A DNA stretch of 47,081 nt from an uncultured Thermococci archaeon (GTDB taxonomy: Archaea > Methanobacteriota_B > Thermococci > Thermococcales > Thermococcaceae), in assembly GCA_964615185.1 (NCBI GenBank), contig CAZTOS010000008.1:1-47081 (forward strand). Direction: 5' to 3'. The translations under genes were made by a program, and so were the position numbers. Numbering within the stretch: position 1 is the stretch's first letter; each line of letters begins with the position of its first letter. This document shows positions 37,644-47,081 of this stretch, piece by piece. Under the pieces are notes generated by a model. That model saw nothing but the letters and a program-made list of their open reading frames with translations. It made no database searches and had not been told where the DNA came from.

Positions 37644-38567
37644 TCACTCTTCCCCCTGCTTAAGGATATCTATGACCTTCTCTACAACTTGAACGCCGGC
37701 TCTTTCTTGAGCTTCCCAAGTGCTTGCTCCTATGTGCGGGGTCAAGACAACATTATCAAGTTTGGTGAGTGGATGGTCCTTTGGAAGTGGTTCTTCCTCG
37801 AATACATCCAATCCCGCTCCATAAATCCAGCCTTCTTTAAGAGCTTTAACTAATGCTTCTGTATCAACTATTGGCCCTCTCGCTGGGTTAATTAGAATCG
37901 CGCTCTTTTTCATCAGTTTGAGCTTTTCCTCATCAATTAAGTGGTATGTGCTGTCTAACAGTGGAACGTGAATTGTCACGACATCGCTTTCTCTTAAAAG
38001 CTCCTCAAGCTCAACGAACTTTCCTCCCACCTCTTCGGCTCTCTCATAATTCTTGATGACATCGTAGAGAAGAATCCTCATTCCAAAGCCCTTTGCTATC
38101 TTTGCAACGTTGTAGCCGATTCTTCCAAATCCTATAATTCCAATCGTCTTACCTTCAAGTTCAATTCCCATACACTGCTTCTTTGCCCAAATCCCTTCCC
38201 TCATCTTTCTATCAGCAAAAGCAACTTTTCTTGCAACTGCCAGAATTAGAGCCCAAGTTAGTTCTGCAACACTTCTGCTGGATGCCGCTGGTGAATTTAC
38301 AACTTCAATTCCTTTTTCCTTGGCAGCTTCAAGGTCAATATTGTCCAAACCAACTCCAGCCCTTCCAATTACCTTGAGCTTCTCTGCAGCCTCAATGACC
38401 TTTCTTGTAACTTTTGGCTTGCTCCTAACGATTATGGCATCAACATCTTTTGCAAGCTCGATAAGTCTATCCTCTTCGGGATATTCCTCGTAGACAACCT
38501 CAAATCCTTCACTCTTTAAAAGCTCAATAGCCTTTGGATGCAATGGAGCCGCAACCAAAACCTTCAT
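37644..38567 (-). CDS. D-2-hydroxyacid dehydrogenase (D-3-phosphoglycerate dehydrogenase-like)
   Basis: RAGVGLDNID, GIIGFGRIG, INPARG, LDVFEEEP, TPHIGAST. Confidence 0.93.
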   Translation of the reverse strand: MKVLVAAPLHPKAIELLKSEGFEVVYEEYPEEDRLIELAKDVDAIIVRSKPKVTRKVIEAAEKLKVIGRAGVGLDNIDLEAAKEKGIEVVNSPAASSRSVAELTWALILAVARKVAFADRKMREGIWAKKQCMGIELEGKTIGIIGFGRIGYNVAKIAKGFGMRILLYDVIKNYERAEEVGGKFVELEELLRESDVVTIHVPLLDSTYHLIDEEKLKLMKKSAILINPARGPIVDTEALVKALKEGWIYGAGLDVFEEEPLPKDHPLTKLDNVVLTPHIGASTWEAQERAGVQVVEKVIDILKQGEE

Positions 38568-38568
38568 C

Positions 38569-39216
38569 TCAACCCCTCCTCTTTATTGCCATCAGCATAA
38601 CTTGGTCTGAAGCGTCTTCAGCCCTGTCTGCAATATCTCCGATTTTAGTTATAACCTGATTCCATATCAACTTCGCATAGGTTGTTATCTTTTCGCTTTC
38701 AAACATTTTTTTAAGGATGTCATATTCAAGCTTGTCTGCATTTTCTTCCTGCTCTTCTGTTTTCTTTGCATACTCAAGCGCTTCATTAACATCCTCATTC
38801 AGCAGTTCAACTGCCTTTCTTACGTATTCATAAGTTTTTAATGAAGCCTCTACAAGTTGCATAATTTCCTCTTTAAGCTCCTTTGGAACCTTTGGCTTTG
38901 CAAGAATTAGGACATGAGCTGCACTCTCAGCAGCATCAGCTGTGTTATCTATTAGTTCAGAAAGTCTAACATAATCCCCTCTATTTGCAGGAAGAAAGGC
39001 TCCTTGATATAGCATGGTTTCTATCTCCCTTCTGAGGGTGTCTGCCTTTCTTTCATAATTTTCTACTTCTCTCATCAAATCCTCTGCTTTTTCGAAGTCT
39101 CCATCAAGGTAAATCCTTATCATCTCGTTGAATTTTTCCAATGTAAGTCCTACCATTTCCAAATGCCTGTTTATTGTCTCAAATACATTGCTCTCCTTTC
39201 CTCCAAATATTGGCAT
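38569..39216 (-). CDS. DUF47/TIGR00153 phosphate-transport regulator-like protein
   Basis: ERKADTLRREI...AFLP..RGD...L....D..AD; EENAD; IGDIADRAEDA. Confidence 0.9.
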   Translation of the reverse strand: MPIFGGKESNVFETINRHLEMVGLTLEKFNEMIRIYLDGDFEKAEDLMREVENYERKADTLRREIETMLYQGAFLPANRGDYVRLSELIDNTADAAESAAHVLILAKPKVPKELKEEIMQLVEASLKTYEYVRKAVELLNEDVNEALEYAKKTEEQEENADKLEYDILKKMFESEKITTYAKLIWNQVITKIGDIADRAEDASDQVMLMAIKRRG

Positions 39217-39250
39217 TCTTTATCCCCCACATTAATATCCGCAAGTTGCT

Positions 39251-40156
39251 TTATTTACTTTGCGTTAATAACTCCTTTGCCTTTATTAGTCCCCAAAGCA
39301 GATTGTTCATTGGAGCTGAAAGCCCAATGTTTTCTGCATATTCAACTATTTTGCCGTTTATATAGTCAATTTCTGTTCTTTTGCCTCTCTTTAAATCTTG
39401 GAGCATTGAATTGTAGTTCTCGCGGGTTCTCTCAAGAGTATCTATGAGGATTTCGAGGGGATGCTCTTCAAACTCAACTCCCCACTGCATCGCAACCCTA
39501 CAGCCCTCTTTTACAATTTCCATTAGAACAGTCAATAAGTGTTCATTCTCAAGCAAAAATCCGTTTTTAACTTCAAGCAGAGCTCCAACAGGATTAATGG
39601 CAGAATTTACCACTGTCTTAGCCCATTTCCATCCTATTATGTTCTCGCTTACTTGAGTATCAATACCAGCATCGTTAAACACTTTGACCACTTTTTCAGC
39701 AAATTCCTTCTTTCCCTTAGGATAAACTCCAACTTTTGTTATTCCTTTACCTGTCCATCTAACAACTCCCCACTTCTCAAGCATTGCCCCGTTTGTCGTT
39801 ATCCCCCCAAGAACGTTTTTTGTATATTTTAATGCCAAGTCTTCATTGCCAAGCCCATTTTGTATGCTCAAAATCCATGTTTTCTTTCCAATGCAGTGCT
39901 TGGCACAGCTCAAAGCATAGGCTGTTGAATATGATTTTGTTGCCAATATTATCAAATCTGGTTCATATTCAGGAGCATAAGTTACAGCTTTTGGATGAAC
40001 CGTGAACTCTTCAACACCAACGATTTTTAGTCCTTTCTCATTTATTGCTCTCACGTGTTCCTCTCGTCCTATGAGTGTTACATCATTTCCAGCTCTTGCT
40101 AATAGAGCACCAAAAAGAGAACCAATTGAACCAGCTCCAAGTACGCAAATTTCCAT
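39251..40156 (-). CDS. panE: 2-dehydropantoate 2-reductase
   Basis: LGAGSIG, ATKSY, SIQNGLG, WAK..VN..INP, SMLQDL..G.RTEID.ING. Confidence 0.96.
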   Translation of the reverse strand: MEICVLGAGSIGSLFGALLARAGNDVTLIGREEHVRAINEKGLKIVGVEEFTVHPKAVTYAPEYEPDLIILATKSYSTAYALSCAKHCIGKKTWILSIQNGLGNEDLALKYTKNVLGGITTNGAMLEKWGVVRWTGKGITKVGVYPKGKKEFAEKVVKVFNDAGIDTQVSENIIGWKWAKTVVNSAINPVGALLEVKNGFLLENEHLLTVLMEIVKEGCRVAMQWGVEFEEHPLEILIDTLERTRENYNSMLQDLKRGKRTEIDYINGKIVEYAENIGLSAPMNNLLWGLIKAKELLTQSK

Positions 40157-40160
40157 TTTC

Positions 40161-40832
40161 TCACCTCAAAAGCTTTCTTAAGGGAATTAGGGAATATGCA
40201 ATCAGAACAACTGAGGCTGCCCAAAAAGTTTGCCAGCTTATTCGTGGATTGGAGTTGAGCGCATATAGAGCGTATGCGGCTGAACAGTAAAAAGTTACTA
40301 AGAGAGGAATTCCACCGCTTGATATTACCCTGTTCTTGAAAAACATCAGTAAAGCACCAATTGCCCCGAGCAGAAATATTAACGGCTTTACCTCACCAGG
40401 CCAGACAAAATTCCATGCTTCTACCAGTGCAAATATGGATGCTACTCCTATGACAGCATTTATTATCCTCTCATTCAAGCTAACTTGCTGCTTGTCTTTT
40501 GGAAAACCAATCATGAGTGCAAATAAAGAAAGCACGAGCCCGGCAAGTAAAAGCGTGGGGATGATAATATCTGCCCTTTGAACTATCATTAAGGCAAATG
40601 CTGAAAATAGAGAGATGCCAGCAAAAAATCTCGCTTTCCCCCTTAGGTATGATAGAGATAGGAGAACTAAGGCAATAATTGGTGCCTCCATCATGAGCAA
40701 GGTATTTCCTTCTACAGTTTTTCCCAAAACTATTGCCTCATTTGTTAGAATTACCATCCCAATACCAAGCAGCATGTAAAGTGAGATTACAAAAGCTGGA
40801 AGGTAAATGAATACTGCAATCCCTCTTTTCAT
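40161..40832 (-). CDS. Hypothetical multi-pass membrane protein
   Basis: About 8 hydrophobic segments; GGTGA RBS; co-oriented with panE. Confidence 0.8.
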   Translation of the reverse strand: MKRGIAVFIYLPAFVISLYMLLGIGMVILTNEAIVLGKTVEGNTLLMMEAPIIALVLLSLSYLRGKARFFAGISLFSAFALMIVQRADIIIPTLLLAGLVLSLFALMIGFPKDKQQVSLNERIINAVIGVASIFALVEAWNFVWPGEVKPLIFLLGAIGALLMFFKNRVISSGGIPLLVTFYCSAAYALYALNSNPRISWQTFWAASVVLIAYSLIPLRKLLR

Positions 40833-40884
40833 TCTCTCACCGCAAGCATTTTTAATCCCATACCTTAAATCCTTTCCGATAAAA

Positions 40885-41622
40885 ATGAAAGTCGTGGTAA
40901 TTTTGGTGGAGCCAGAGTATCAGATGAACATTGGTTTTGTTGCAAGAACTATGAAGAATTTTGGAGTTAGAGAGCTCATATTAGTTAATCCACCAGAACT
41001 TACTGGTGAGGCGTACAAGTTTGCTATGCATGCTAAAGATGTCTTGGAAAATGCGAAAATAGTCAAGACCATAGACGAGGTACTGAAAATGGTTGATGTA
41101 GCTGTAGGAACAACAGGGATAAGCGGCAAAGTTTATCTTCCCGAGAGAACCCCCATAAACCCTGAAGAATTCGCAAAGAGAGCTTTTCTTTATAGTGGCA
41201 AGATTGGGATTTTCTTTGGCAGAGAGAGCAAAGGATTAAGCAATGAAGAACTTGAAAAAATGGACTTCACAGTAACTATACCAACAAGCGAGGAATATCC
41301 GATAATGAACCTAAGCCATGCTGTTGCTGTTGTTCTCTATGAGATTTACAAGCAGAAGGTAAAAACAGAAACTCCCGCAGAAGAAAACAGGCATTTAAGA
41401 AAAGCTACCAAAGAAGAGAAGGACATTTTAGTTAAATACTGGAGTGAACTTTTGGAAACTCTAAATTATCCGAAAGACCCAATAAGGCGAAAATATTTTA
41501 CCATAATGTTCCGCCGTGTCATTGGGAGATCGTTCATATATGCAAGGGAGATCTACTCTTTATATGGTCCTTTAAGGCTGGCAATTGAAAAAATTAAGAG
41601 GTGTGGAAATGATAAGCATTGA
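40885..41622 (+). CDS. trmJ: SPOUT tRNA methyltransferase, TrmJ/YjtD family
   Basis: VILVEP....NIGFVARTMKNFG, FGRESKGLSNEEL, IPTS..YP.MNLSHAV. Confidence 0.92.
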   Translation: MKVVVILVEPEYQMNIGFVARTMKNFGVRELILVNPPELTGEAYKFAMHAKDVLENAKIVKTIDEVLKMVDVAVGTTGISGKVYLPERTPINPEEFAKRAFLYSGKIGIFFGRESKGLSNEELEKMDFTVTIPTSEEYPIMNLSHAVAVVLYEIYKQKVKTETPAEENRHLRKATKEEKDILVKYWSELLETLNYPKDPIRRKYFTIMFRRVIGRSFIYAREIYSLYGPLRLAIEKIKRCGNDKH

Positions 41623-42136
41623 AAAATTTGAAATCTTTGGAAGGGAAATTTGGATCGCTGTAGTGTTTGAGGAGAAAATTAATGGAATAACTTTTTCTTT
41701 TGATGGATATGAATACCTTATGGAGAGAATAAACTCATTAAAAACTCTTCTTGAACGTAGAAAGGTTTCAGTAGATTTAGCTGAAGAAAAAACGGATTAC
41801 CCAAAGATTGTTTATAATGTGTTGGTTGGTGATACTGAAAACCAAGATGCCCTGAGATTTCTGAGCCTTAGAGGTATCACTCATTTTGAAAGGAAGGTTT
41901 ATGAAGTCTTAACAAAAAAAGTTAAAAGAGGAACCGTTATAACCTATGGAGAACTTGCCAGAATGCTGTCAACATCTCCAAGAGCTATAGGGAATGCAAT
42001 GAAGAGAAATCCATATCCAATAATCGTTCCATGTCATAGGGTTGTTTTAAAATCAGGATTAGGTAGTTATACACCAAAAAAGGAGTACAAGAAGATTTTA
42101 CTTGAGATAGAGGGGGTGAAAGGATGGACAAGCTAA
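41609..42136 (+). CDS. ogt: Methylated-DNA-protein-cysteine methyltransferase
   Basis: TYGELA, RAIGNAM..NP..IIVPCHRV. Confidence 0.96.
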   Translation: MISIEKFEIFGREIWIAVVFEEKINGITFSFDGYEYLMERINSLKTLLERRKVSVDLAEEKTDYPKIVYNVLVGDTENQDALRFLSLRGITHFERKVYEVLTKKVKRGTVITYGELARMLSTSPRAIGNAMKRNPYPIIVPCHRVVLKSGLGSYTPKKEYKKILLEIEGVKGWTS

Positions 42137-43140
42137 AGCTTTACATAATAGGATTTTTGGCACTAATAATTGCGATAGCTGGGGGGATAGTTTATAAATG
42201 GGGCTTTTGGATGCTCGTTAGGATTGTTCTCAGTTTAGGATTTTTGGGTTTAACCCTGATGCTTGGCTTCTTCCTTGTGTTGACTCTTTATGCAGAAAGC
42301 TGGAAGTATGCGGTTTATCTGCTGGTGCCAACAGCACTCAGTGCCTATGCAACTTATTTGAGCATAACTTGGCAGAAGCTTAAGATCGTTGGGGGAATAA
42401 TTGTTCTGTTCGTCTTGGGATTGGCTTTTGGGATATGGTATATCAGCGAACCAGACTTGGGTTTGGCAGACAGATTCCGCTCTGCAGAAAAGCTTGAAAA
42501 AATGGGCAAATATAAAGCAGCTGCCAGAAAGTACGAGAAAAAAGGTAATTACTTAAAGGCCGCTGAAATGTATGAAAAGCTTGGCTGGATGGAAAGTGCG
42601 GCATGGGCATATGAGAAAGCTGAGAAATACGAGAAAGCCGCCGAAATTTATGAGCAACTCTATGAGAAGGAAAAGGACACATACTATCTTAAAGAAGCCC
42701 ATGAGTATTGGAAAAAAGCTGGAAACATGGAGAGGGCTGCAAAGGCTTTGGAACGCTATGCTGAGGAGGAGCCTTGGTTCTGGGAGGATGTGGCAAAGCT
42801 CTATGAGGAACTCGGAAACGAGGAAAAAGCTAAGGAAGCATGGCAGAGAGCTTTGGACTATTATATGAAGGAAGCTCAAGAAGAGGGAGTATTCTGGGAA
42901 GATGTTGGGAACATAGCAAGAAAGCTTGGAAAAGAAGAACTTGCGAAAGAGGCTTATCAAAAATTCCTCGAATACTGCTTGAAAGAGGCAGAAGAGGATC
43001 CAATGTGGTGGAAGCATGTGGCTGAGGCTTACGAGTATCTTGGTGAGAAGGAGAAGGCAGAAGAAGCAAGGAAGAAGTATGAGGAATACAGAGCCAAGAT
43101 CATTAAATCAAATGAAGAGACTTCAAACTTTCCAAAATGA
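42124..43140 (+). CDS. Membrane-anchored TPR/SNAP-like repeat protein
   Basis: Four N-terminal TM helices followed by AA..YEK.G repeats. Confidence 0.85.
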   Translation: MDKLKLYIIGFLALIIAIAGGIVYKWGFWMLVRIVLSLGFLGLTLMLGFFLVLTLYAESWKYAVYLLVPTALSAYATYLSITWQKLKIVGGIIVLFVLGLAFGIWYISEPDLGLADRFRSAEKLEKMGKYKAAARKYEKKGNYLKAAEMYEKLGWMESAAWAYEKAEKYEKAAEIYEQLYEKEKDTYYLKEAHEYWKKAGNMERAAKALERYAEEEPWFWEDVAKLYEELGNEEKAKEAWQRALDYYMKEAQEEGVFWEDVGNIARKLGKEELAKEAYQKFLEYCLKEAEEDPMWWKHVAEAYEYLGEKEKAEEARKKYEEYRAKIIKSNEETSNFPK

Positions 43141-43220
43141 GAAAAGCCATCGCTTTTTTCAATAACTTTTTCACGCTAACTATAAATACCTCTATTCCCG
43201 AGCCTTTGTAGGTGGTGTGA

Positions 43221-43562
43221 ATGTTTCCAATGAAAGGCATGAGTCCGAAGCAGATGAAGAGAATGATGAAGCAACTTGGTATAAAGATGGAAGAGCTTGA
43301 AGGGGTTAAAGAAGTCGTGATACGATTTGAAAATAAGGAAATTGTGATCAGAGAACCAATTGTTACAGCGATTGTTGCGATGGGAGAGAAAAGCTATCAG
43401 ATAGTGGGTAAGGAAGAAGTCAGGGAAGTGTTGAATATTCCAGAAGAAGATATCAAGCTTGTCATGGAGCAAACTGGTGTTGATTACGAAACTGCCAAAA
43501 AAGCATTGGAAGAAACTAAGGGGGATTTGGCGGAGGCTATTCTGAAGCTTCAAGAGACTTAA
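43221..43562 (+). CDS. nac: Nascent polypeptide-associated complex protein
   Basis: [17 protein letters not shown]-terminal [16 protein letters not shown]....[16 protein letters not shown]. Confidence 0.95.
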   Translation: MFPMKGMSPKQMKRMMKQLGIKMEELEGVKEVVIRFENKEIVIREPIVTAIVAMGEKSYQIVGKEEVREVLNIPEEDIKLVMEQTGVDYETAKKALEETKGDLAEAILKLQET

Positions 43563-43628
43563 ATGTCCCTTTTTAATATCATATTTTCTTCCAAAAGGAT
43601 ATAAACCCCTACATATTAGCTCGATTTG

Positions 43629-44915
43629 ATGAAGGTAATTGGAGTCATCAGGCATTCACCAAGAAGAAAGGTGAATAAAGCAGAGTTTGAAGAGCTTCTG
43701 CGTAGTGCGGGTTATGAAGTTCTTACAATAGTTGAGCAAGTTAGGGAGGAGCATCCGAAGTACAATATCGGTCCAGGAAAACTTCAAGAGATCAAAAAAC
43801 TGATAGAAGAACTTAAACCAGACAAGATAATTTTTGCAAACCAACTTACACCATCTCAGGCTTTTAACATCGCAAAGGAGCTTAGAGTTGGTATCATAGA
43901 CAAGTGGCAGCTTGTTCTTGAAATTTTCGAAAAGAGAGCCCATTCTAAAGAGGCAAAGCTTCAAGTTGAGCTTGCTAATTTGAGATATGAGCTACCTCTC
44001 GTTAGAGAGGCAATTAGGAGAGCAAAGATGGGTGAGCAACCGGGTTTTAAGGGTATGGGTGAGTATCAGATTCACCAGTATCTGAAGCACATCCGTTACA
44101 GAATGGGCAAAATAAGGAGGGAACTTGAGAGGGTTAGAAAGGACAGAGAAGTTAAAAGGAAACGAAGAGAAGAAGTGGGGTTTATCCTAATTGCCTTAGC
44201 TGGATATACCAATGCTGGAAAATCCACGCTTTTGAATGCTTTGGCGAGAGAGGAAATCCCAGCCAAAGACCAGATGTTCACAACCCTCGACACTACAACA
44301 AGAAGGTTTAAGGTTAATCAGAAGAGAGTGCTGGTGACAGATACAGTGGGGTTTATAGACGACCTGCCACCTTTTATTGTTGAGGCATTTCATTCAACCC
44401 TTGAGGAGATAACGAAAGCTGATATAGTCCTTCTCGTTTTGGATGTGAGTGAAGCATGGAATGAAATCAGGAGGAAGTTTTTGGCTTCTCTTAAAATTTT
44501 GAGGGAGCTCAAAGCATTGGACAAGCCGATAATCGTGGTTCTAAATAAACAGGACTTAACGACAAAGGTTGATGTTGAAGATAAAAAGAGGGCAATTAAA
44601 GAGCTTGCAGATAAAAGGGGAGTTGTTATTTTTGATGTTGTCAGCATATCAGCAAAGCTGAATCAGCTGGAAGAGCTTTATAATGCTCTTGAGAGGGTAA
44701 TTATTACACTGCCGAAATATAAACCCTTTGAAATAATTGTTAGAGAGAGGGATAAAGTTTCACAGGTAGTTGCTCTGATAAACTCAATCGGAGAAGTTAT
44801 GAGTGTTGAATATGGGGAATTTACGAAGATTCTGGCTTATATTCAAGTTGGGATGATTAAGAGTTTAACAAAGTTAGGGGTGGAAGTGAGATATTTGCCA
44901 GTAAAAGTACAATGA
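43629..44915 (+). CDS. hflX: GTPase HflX
   Basis: IGPGKLQE, EAKLQVELA.L.Y, GYTNAGKST, FTTLD, DTVGFI, NKQD. Confidence 0.97.
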   Translation: MKVIGVIRHSPRRKVNKAEFEELLRSAGYEVLTIVEQVREEHPKYNIGPGKLQEIKKLIEELKPDKIIFANQLTPSQAFNIAKELRVGIIDKWQLVLEIFEKRAHSKEAKLQVELANLRYELPLVREAIRRAKMGEQPGFKGMGEYQIHQYLKHIRYRMGKIRRELERVRKDREVKRKRREEVGFILIALAGYTNAGKSTLLNALAREEIPAKDQMFTTLDTTTRRFKVNQKRVLVTDTVGFIDDLPPFIVEAFHSTLEEITKADIVLLVLDVSEAWNEIRRKFLASLKILRELKALDKPIIVVLNKQDLTTKVDVEDKKRAIKELADKRGVVIFDVVSISAKLNQLEELYNALERVIITLPKYKPFEIIVRERDKVSQVVALINSIGEVMSVEYGEFTKILAYIQVGMIKSLTKLGVEVRYLPVKVQ

Positions 44916-44921
44916 GAAAAG

Positions 44922-45884
44922 CTAAATCATTCCCGCAAATCTGAATACGTGAAATATTATCAAGGCGATTATTATGGCTGTCGTTGGCGTTGCAACCCAT
45001 CCAAAGATAATATCTTTTATAGTTGATTTGTCAATCCCCTCTCCTGTTATTAAGCCAACTCCCACAACACCACCAACTATCGCCTGACTTGAACTAACGG
45101 GCAACCCTAATATATTGGCTAAACTTACAGCAATAGCTGAGCCAAACTGTGCGGCAAAAGCTGAAGCTGGCCCTAAAGCTGTTATTTTCTTTCCAACGGT
45201 GTACATTACAGCATAGCTGAACGTTAGAGAACCCAAGGCTAAGCTTATTGCACCAAAGATGCCTGCAACTTTTGGTGCCAGAAATCCAGCTCCAACCAAT
45301 GGTCCTGTTGCATTTGCCACCTCGTTTGCACCAAAGTTAAATGCCATATAGGAACCACCAAGAACAGCCAGCCATTTGTATAAAATCTCAATACGTCCGA
45401 GGCTTTTCATCTGATTGATTAGATATCCATAAAACTTGTACAAAATCATTGCAAGAATACCAGCAACGATTGGGGAAACCACCCATGCCGCGGCGATCTT
45501 GGTGAGTGTGAACCACTTTATGGGAGCATGAATTGCCAAGCCAACTCCCACAACTCCTCCAACTATAGCTTGAGTTGTAGAAACCGGAAGTCCCTTAATT
45601 GTTGCAATGGTAACCCAAACTCCAGCAGCTAAAAGAGCTATAATGGCCATCTCAATTGTTAGGTATCCCTCGGGCACAATTCCTTTTCCAACGGTTTTCA
45701 TTACTTTGTAACCTTTAAGGTAAGCTCCAAGAAGAACAAATACTGCAATTGTAAATGTGGCCTGTCTGAAGCTTAAAACTCCAGCACCCACTGCTGTTCC
45801 CATAGCATTTGCCGAGTCATTTGCCCCTATGTTCCAGGCAATGTAAAAACCAACTGCAAGTGCTGCTATTACTATTCCGTTCAT
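44922..45884 (-). CDS. Inorganic phosphate transporter, PiT family
   Basis: GANDSANAMG and GANEVANA signatures; LPVSTTQ and LPVSSSQ. Confidence 0.95.
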   Translation of the reverse strand: MNGIVIAALAVGFYIAWNIGANDSANAMGTAVGAGVLSFRQATFTIAVFVLLGAYLKGYKVMKTVGKGIVPEGYLTIEMAIIALLAAGVWVTIATIKGLPVSTTQAIVGGVVGVGLAIHAPIKWFTLTKIAAAWVVSPIVAGILAMILYKFYGYLINQMKSLGRIEILYKWLAVLGGSYMAFNFGANEVANATGPLVGAGFLAPKVAGIFGAISLALGSLTFSYAVMYTVGKKITALGPASAFAAQFGSAIAVSLANILGLPVSSSQAIVGGVVGVGLITGEGIDKSTIKDIIFGWVATPTTAIIIALIIFHVFRFAGMI

Positions 45885-46184
45885 AGTTTCACCTCGCACT
45901 GCTGCATCTATAGAGTATATAGTCTATATAGTGAGATGCACCATTTAAAAATATTGTTCTCCCTTAAATGGAAATCGAGTGGAACGACCATTTTGGGAAG
46001 TTCACCCGTTTTTACAAATGTAAAGTATCACTTTAATGATGTTTGGTGTTCTTTTATAGACACCAACCACAAAGCATGTTCACTCTTACCCAAAGACACT
46101 TGCCGAAAGCTTCTTCTTTCTATACCGAAAACTAAATAAATGCATTCTCTCAAAACTAATATCGAAAAACTTTAGGGGGCAAAG

Positions 46185-46745
46185 ATGATGATAGAAGTTC
46201 GTTTTCATGGTAGAGGTGGACAAGGTGCAGTTACTGCCGCAAACATTTTAGCTGAGGCAGCTTTCTTGGAGGGCAAATATGTTCAGGCATTCCCATTTTT
46301 CGGTGTTGAGAGGAGAGGAGCACCGGTTACAGCATTTACAAGAATTGATGACAAGCCAATCAGAATAAAAACCCAGATTTACGAGCCAGATATTGTTGTG
46401 GTTTTAGACCCATCACTTTTAGAGACCGTTGATGTCACGGCAGGTCTAAAAGAGGGTGGAATTGTCATAATTAACACAGAGAAGAGCAAGGAAGAAGTTT
46501 TAGAGAAACTCAAAAAGAAGCCAGCAAAGTTGGCTTTAGTGGATGCAACGACCATAGCCCTTGAGGTTCTTGGATTACCAATTACAAACACTTCAATTCT
46601 TGGAGCAGTTGCGAAAGCAACAGGAATCGTCAGCATTGACAAAGTTGAGGAAGCTATTAAGGACACGTTCTCTGGTGAACTTGGAGAGAAGAACGCAAAG
46701 GCTGCAAGGGAAGCTTTTGAGAAGACTGTTGTTTACGAACTCTGA
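46185..46745 (+). CDS. porG: Pyruvate/ketoisovalerate ferredoxin oxidoreductase, shared gamma subunit
   Basis: [25 protein letters not shown]. Confidence 0.96.
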   Translation: MMIEVRFHGRGGQGAVTAANILAEAAFLEGKYVQAFPFFGVERRGAPVTAFTRIDDKPIRIKTQIYEPDIVVVLDPSLLETVDVTAGLKEGGIVIINTEKSKEEVLEKLKKKPAKLALVDATTIALEVLGLPITNTSILGAVAKATGIVSIDKVEEAIKDTFSGELGEKNAKAAREAFEKTVVYEL

Positions 46746-46780
46746 TTTCTTTCCTTTAAAATCCTTTAGGGGTGAATACT

Positions 46781-47081
46781 TTGAATACTTTATTTGGGGA
46801 GAAGAAGGCAAAAGCGAAAAAGCTTGTGTTTAAATCTGTTGATGAATACCCAGAGGTGCCTCTAACCCTTGGCACTACACTCATAAACTTCACTGGTGAT
46901 TGGAGAACTTTCATTCCAATAGTCGATGAGAGCAAGTGTGTCAAGTGTTATATCTGCTGGAAGTTCTGTCCAGAACCGGCAATTTACATCAAAGAAGATG
47001 GTTATGTGGCGATAGACTACGACTATTGTAAGGGCTGTGGTATTTGTGCTAACGAATGCCCAACCAAGGCAATAACAATGG
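46781..47081 (+). CDS. vorD: Ketoisovalerate ferredoxin oxidoreductase delta subunit (2x[4Fe-4S]), truncated by the window end
   Basis: TTG start after GGGGTGA; MNTLFG...TGDWRT..P.VDESKCVKCYICWKFCPE...DYDYCKGCGICANECP; follows porG. Confidence 0.9.
   Translation, partial: MNTLFGEKKAKAKKLVFKSVDEYPEVPLTLGTTLINFTGDWRTFIPIVDESKCVKCYICWKFCPEPAIYIKEDGYVAIDYDYCKGCGICANECPTKAITM

Noticed and set aside
42443..43655. Minus-strand ORFs of 79-159 aa
   Set aside because: Shadows of the TPR protein and nac genes, with biased composition.
45950..46184. SurR (GTT-N3-AAC) or TrmB/TGM (TATCAC-N5-GTGATA) sites upstream of porG
   Set aside because: No exact match found by eye; only a weak TTGGTGT/ACACCAA inverted repeat.
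1..47081. CRISPR array, integrase, transposase, rRNA or inteins
   Set aside because: No regularly spaced identical repeats, no recombinase or transposase motifs, no long GC-rich rRNA block, and no intein-sized insertions seen.

Overview
AT-rich archaeal DNA whose genes, GGTGA/GGAGG ribosome-binding sites and BRE/TATA promoters point to Thermococcales (low-GC Thermococcus-like). (i) 1-~600 is a foreign-looking fragment of a DarB/SNF2-type helicase-methylase. It switches into the middle of an hsdS gene over a ~26-nt stretch that reads sensibly in both genes, which is probably an assembly chimera. (ii) ~578-8860 is a defence island next to the 3' end of tRNA-His: hsdS, cargo, hsdR, an M48/YgjP peptidase and an EVE protein. 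The cargo is a frameshifted membrane protein, a hydrophobic small ORF overlapping a GC-rich tRNA-like RNA, and two vapBC pairs with a shared promoter, one toxin being frameshifted. (iii) Core genes follow: taw3, a structured ncRNA region, gcvT, an archaeal ATPase, a MacB-type ABC operon with an S-layer-like protein, Usp and a C/D box sRNA. (iv) A 17.3-kb + strand block lies between the beta and alpha subunit genes of class I fumarate hydratase. It encodes a secreted transglutaminase-like protein, a membrane protein, a 48-aa HU-like mini-protein, a 4134-aa CARDB-repeat surface protein with an atypical helical central insert, and an HTH-STAND-TPR regulator. (v) Core genes run to the right end: M20 peptidase, tRNA-Ala(CGC), 2-hydroxyacid dehydrogenase, DUF47, panE, trmJ, ogt, a TPR protein, nac, hflX, pit, porG and partial vorD. 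All calls come from reading motifs by eye; no database searches were run.
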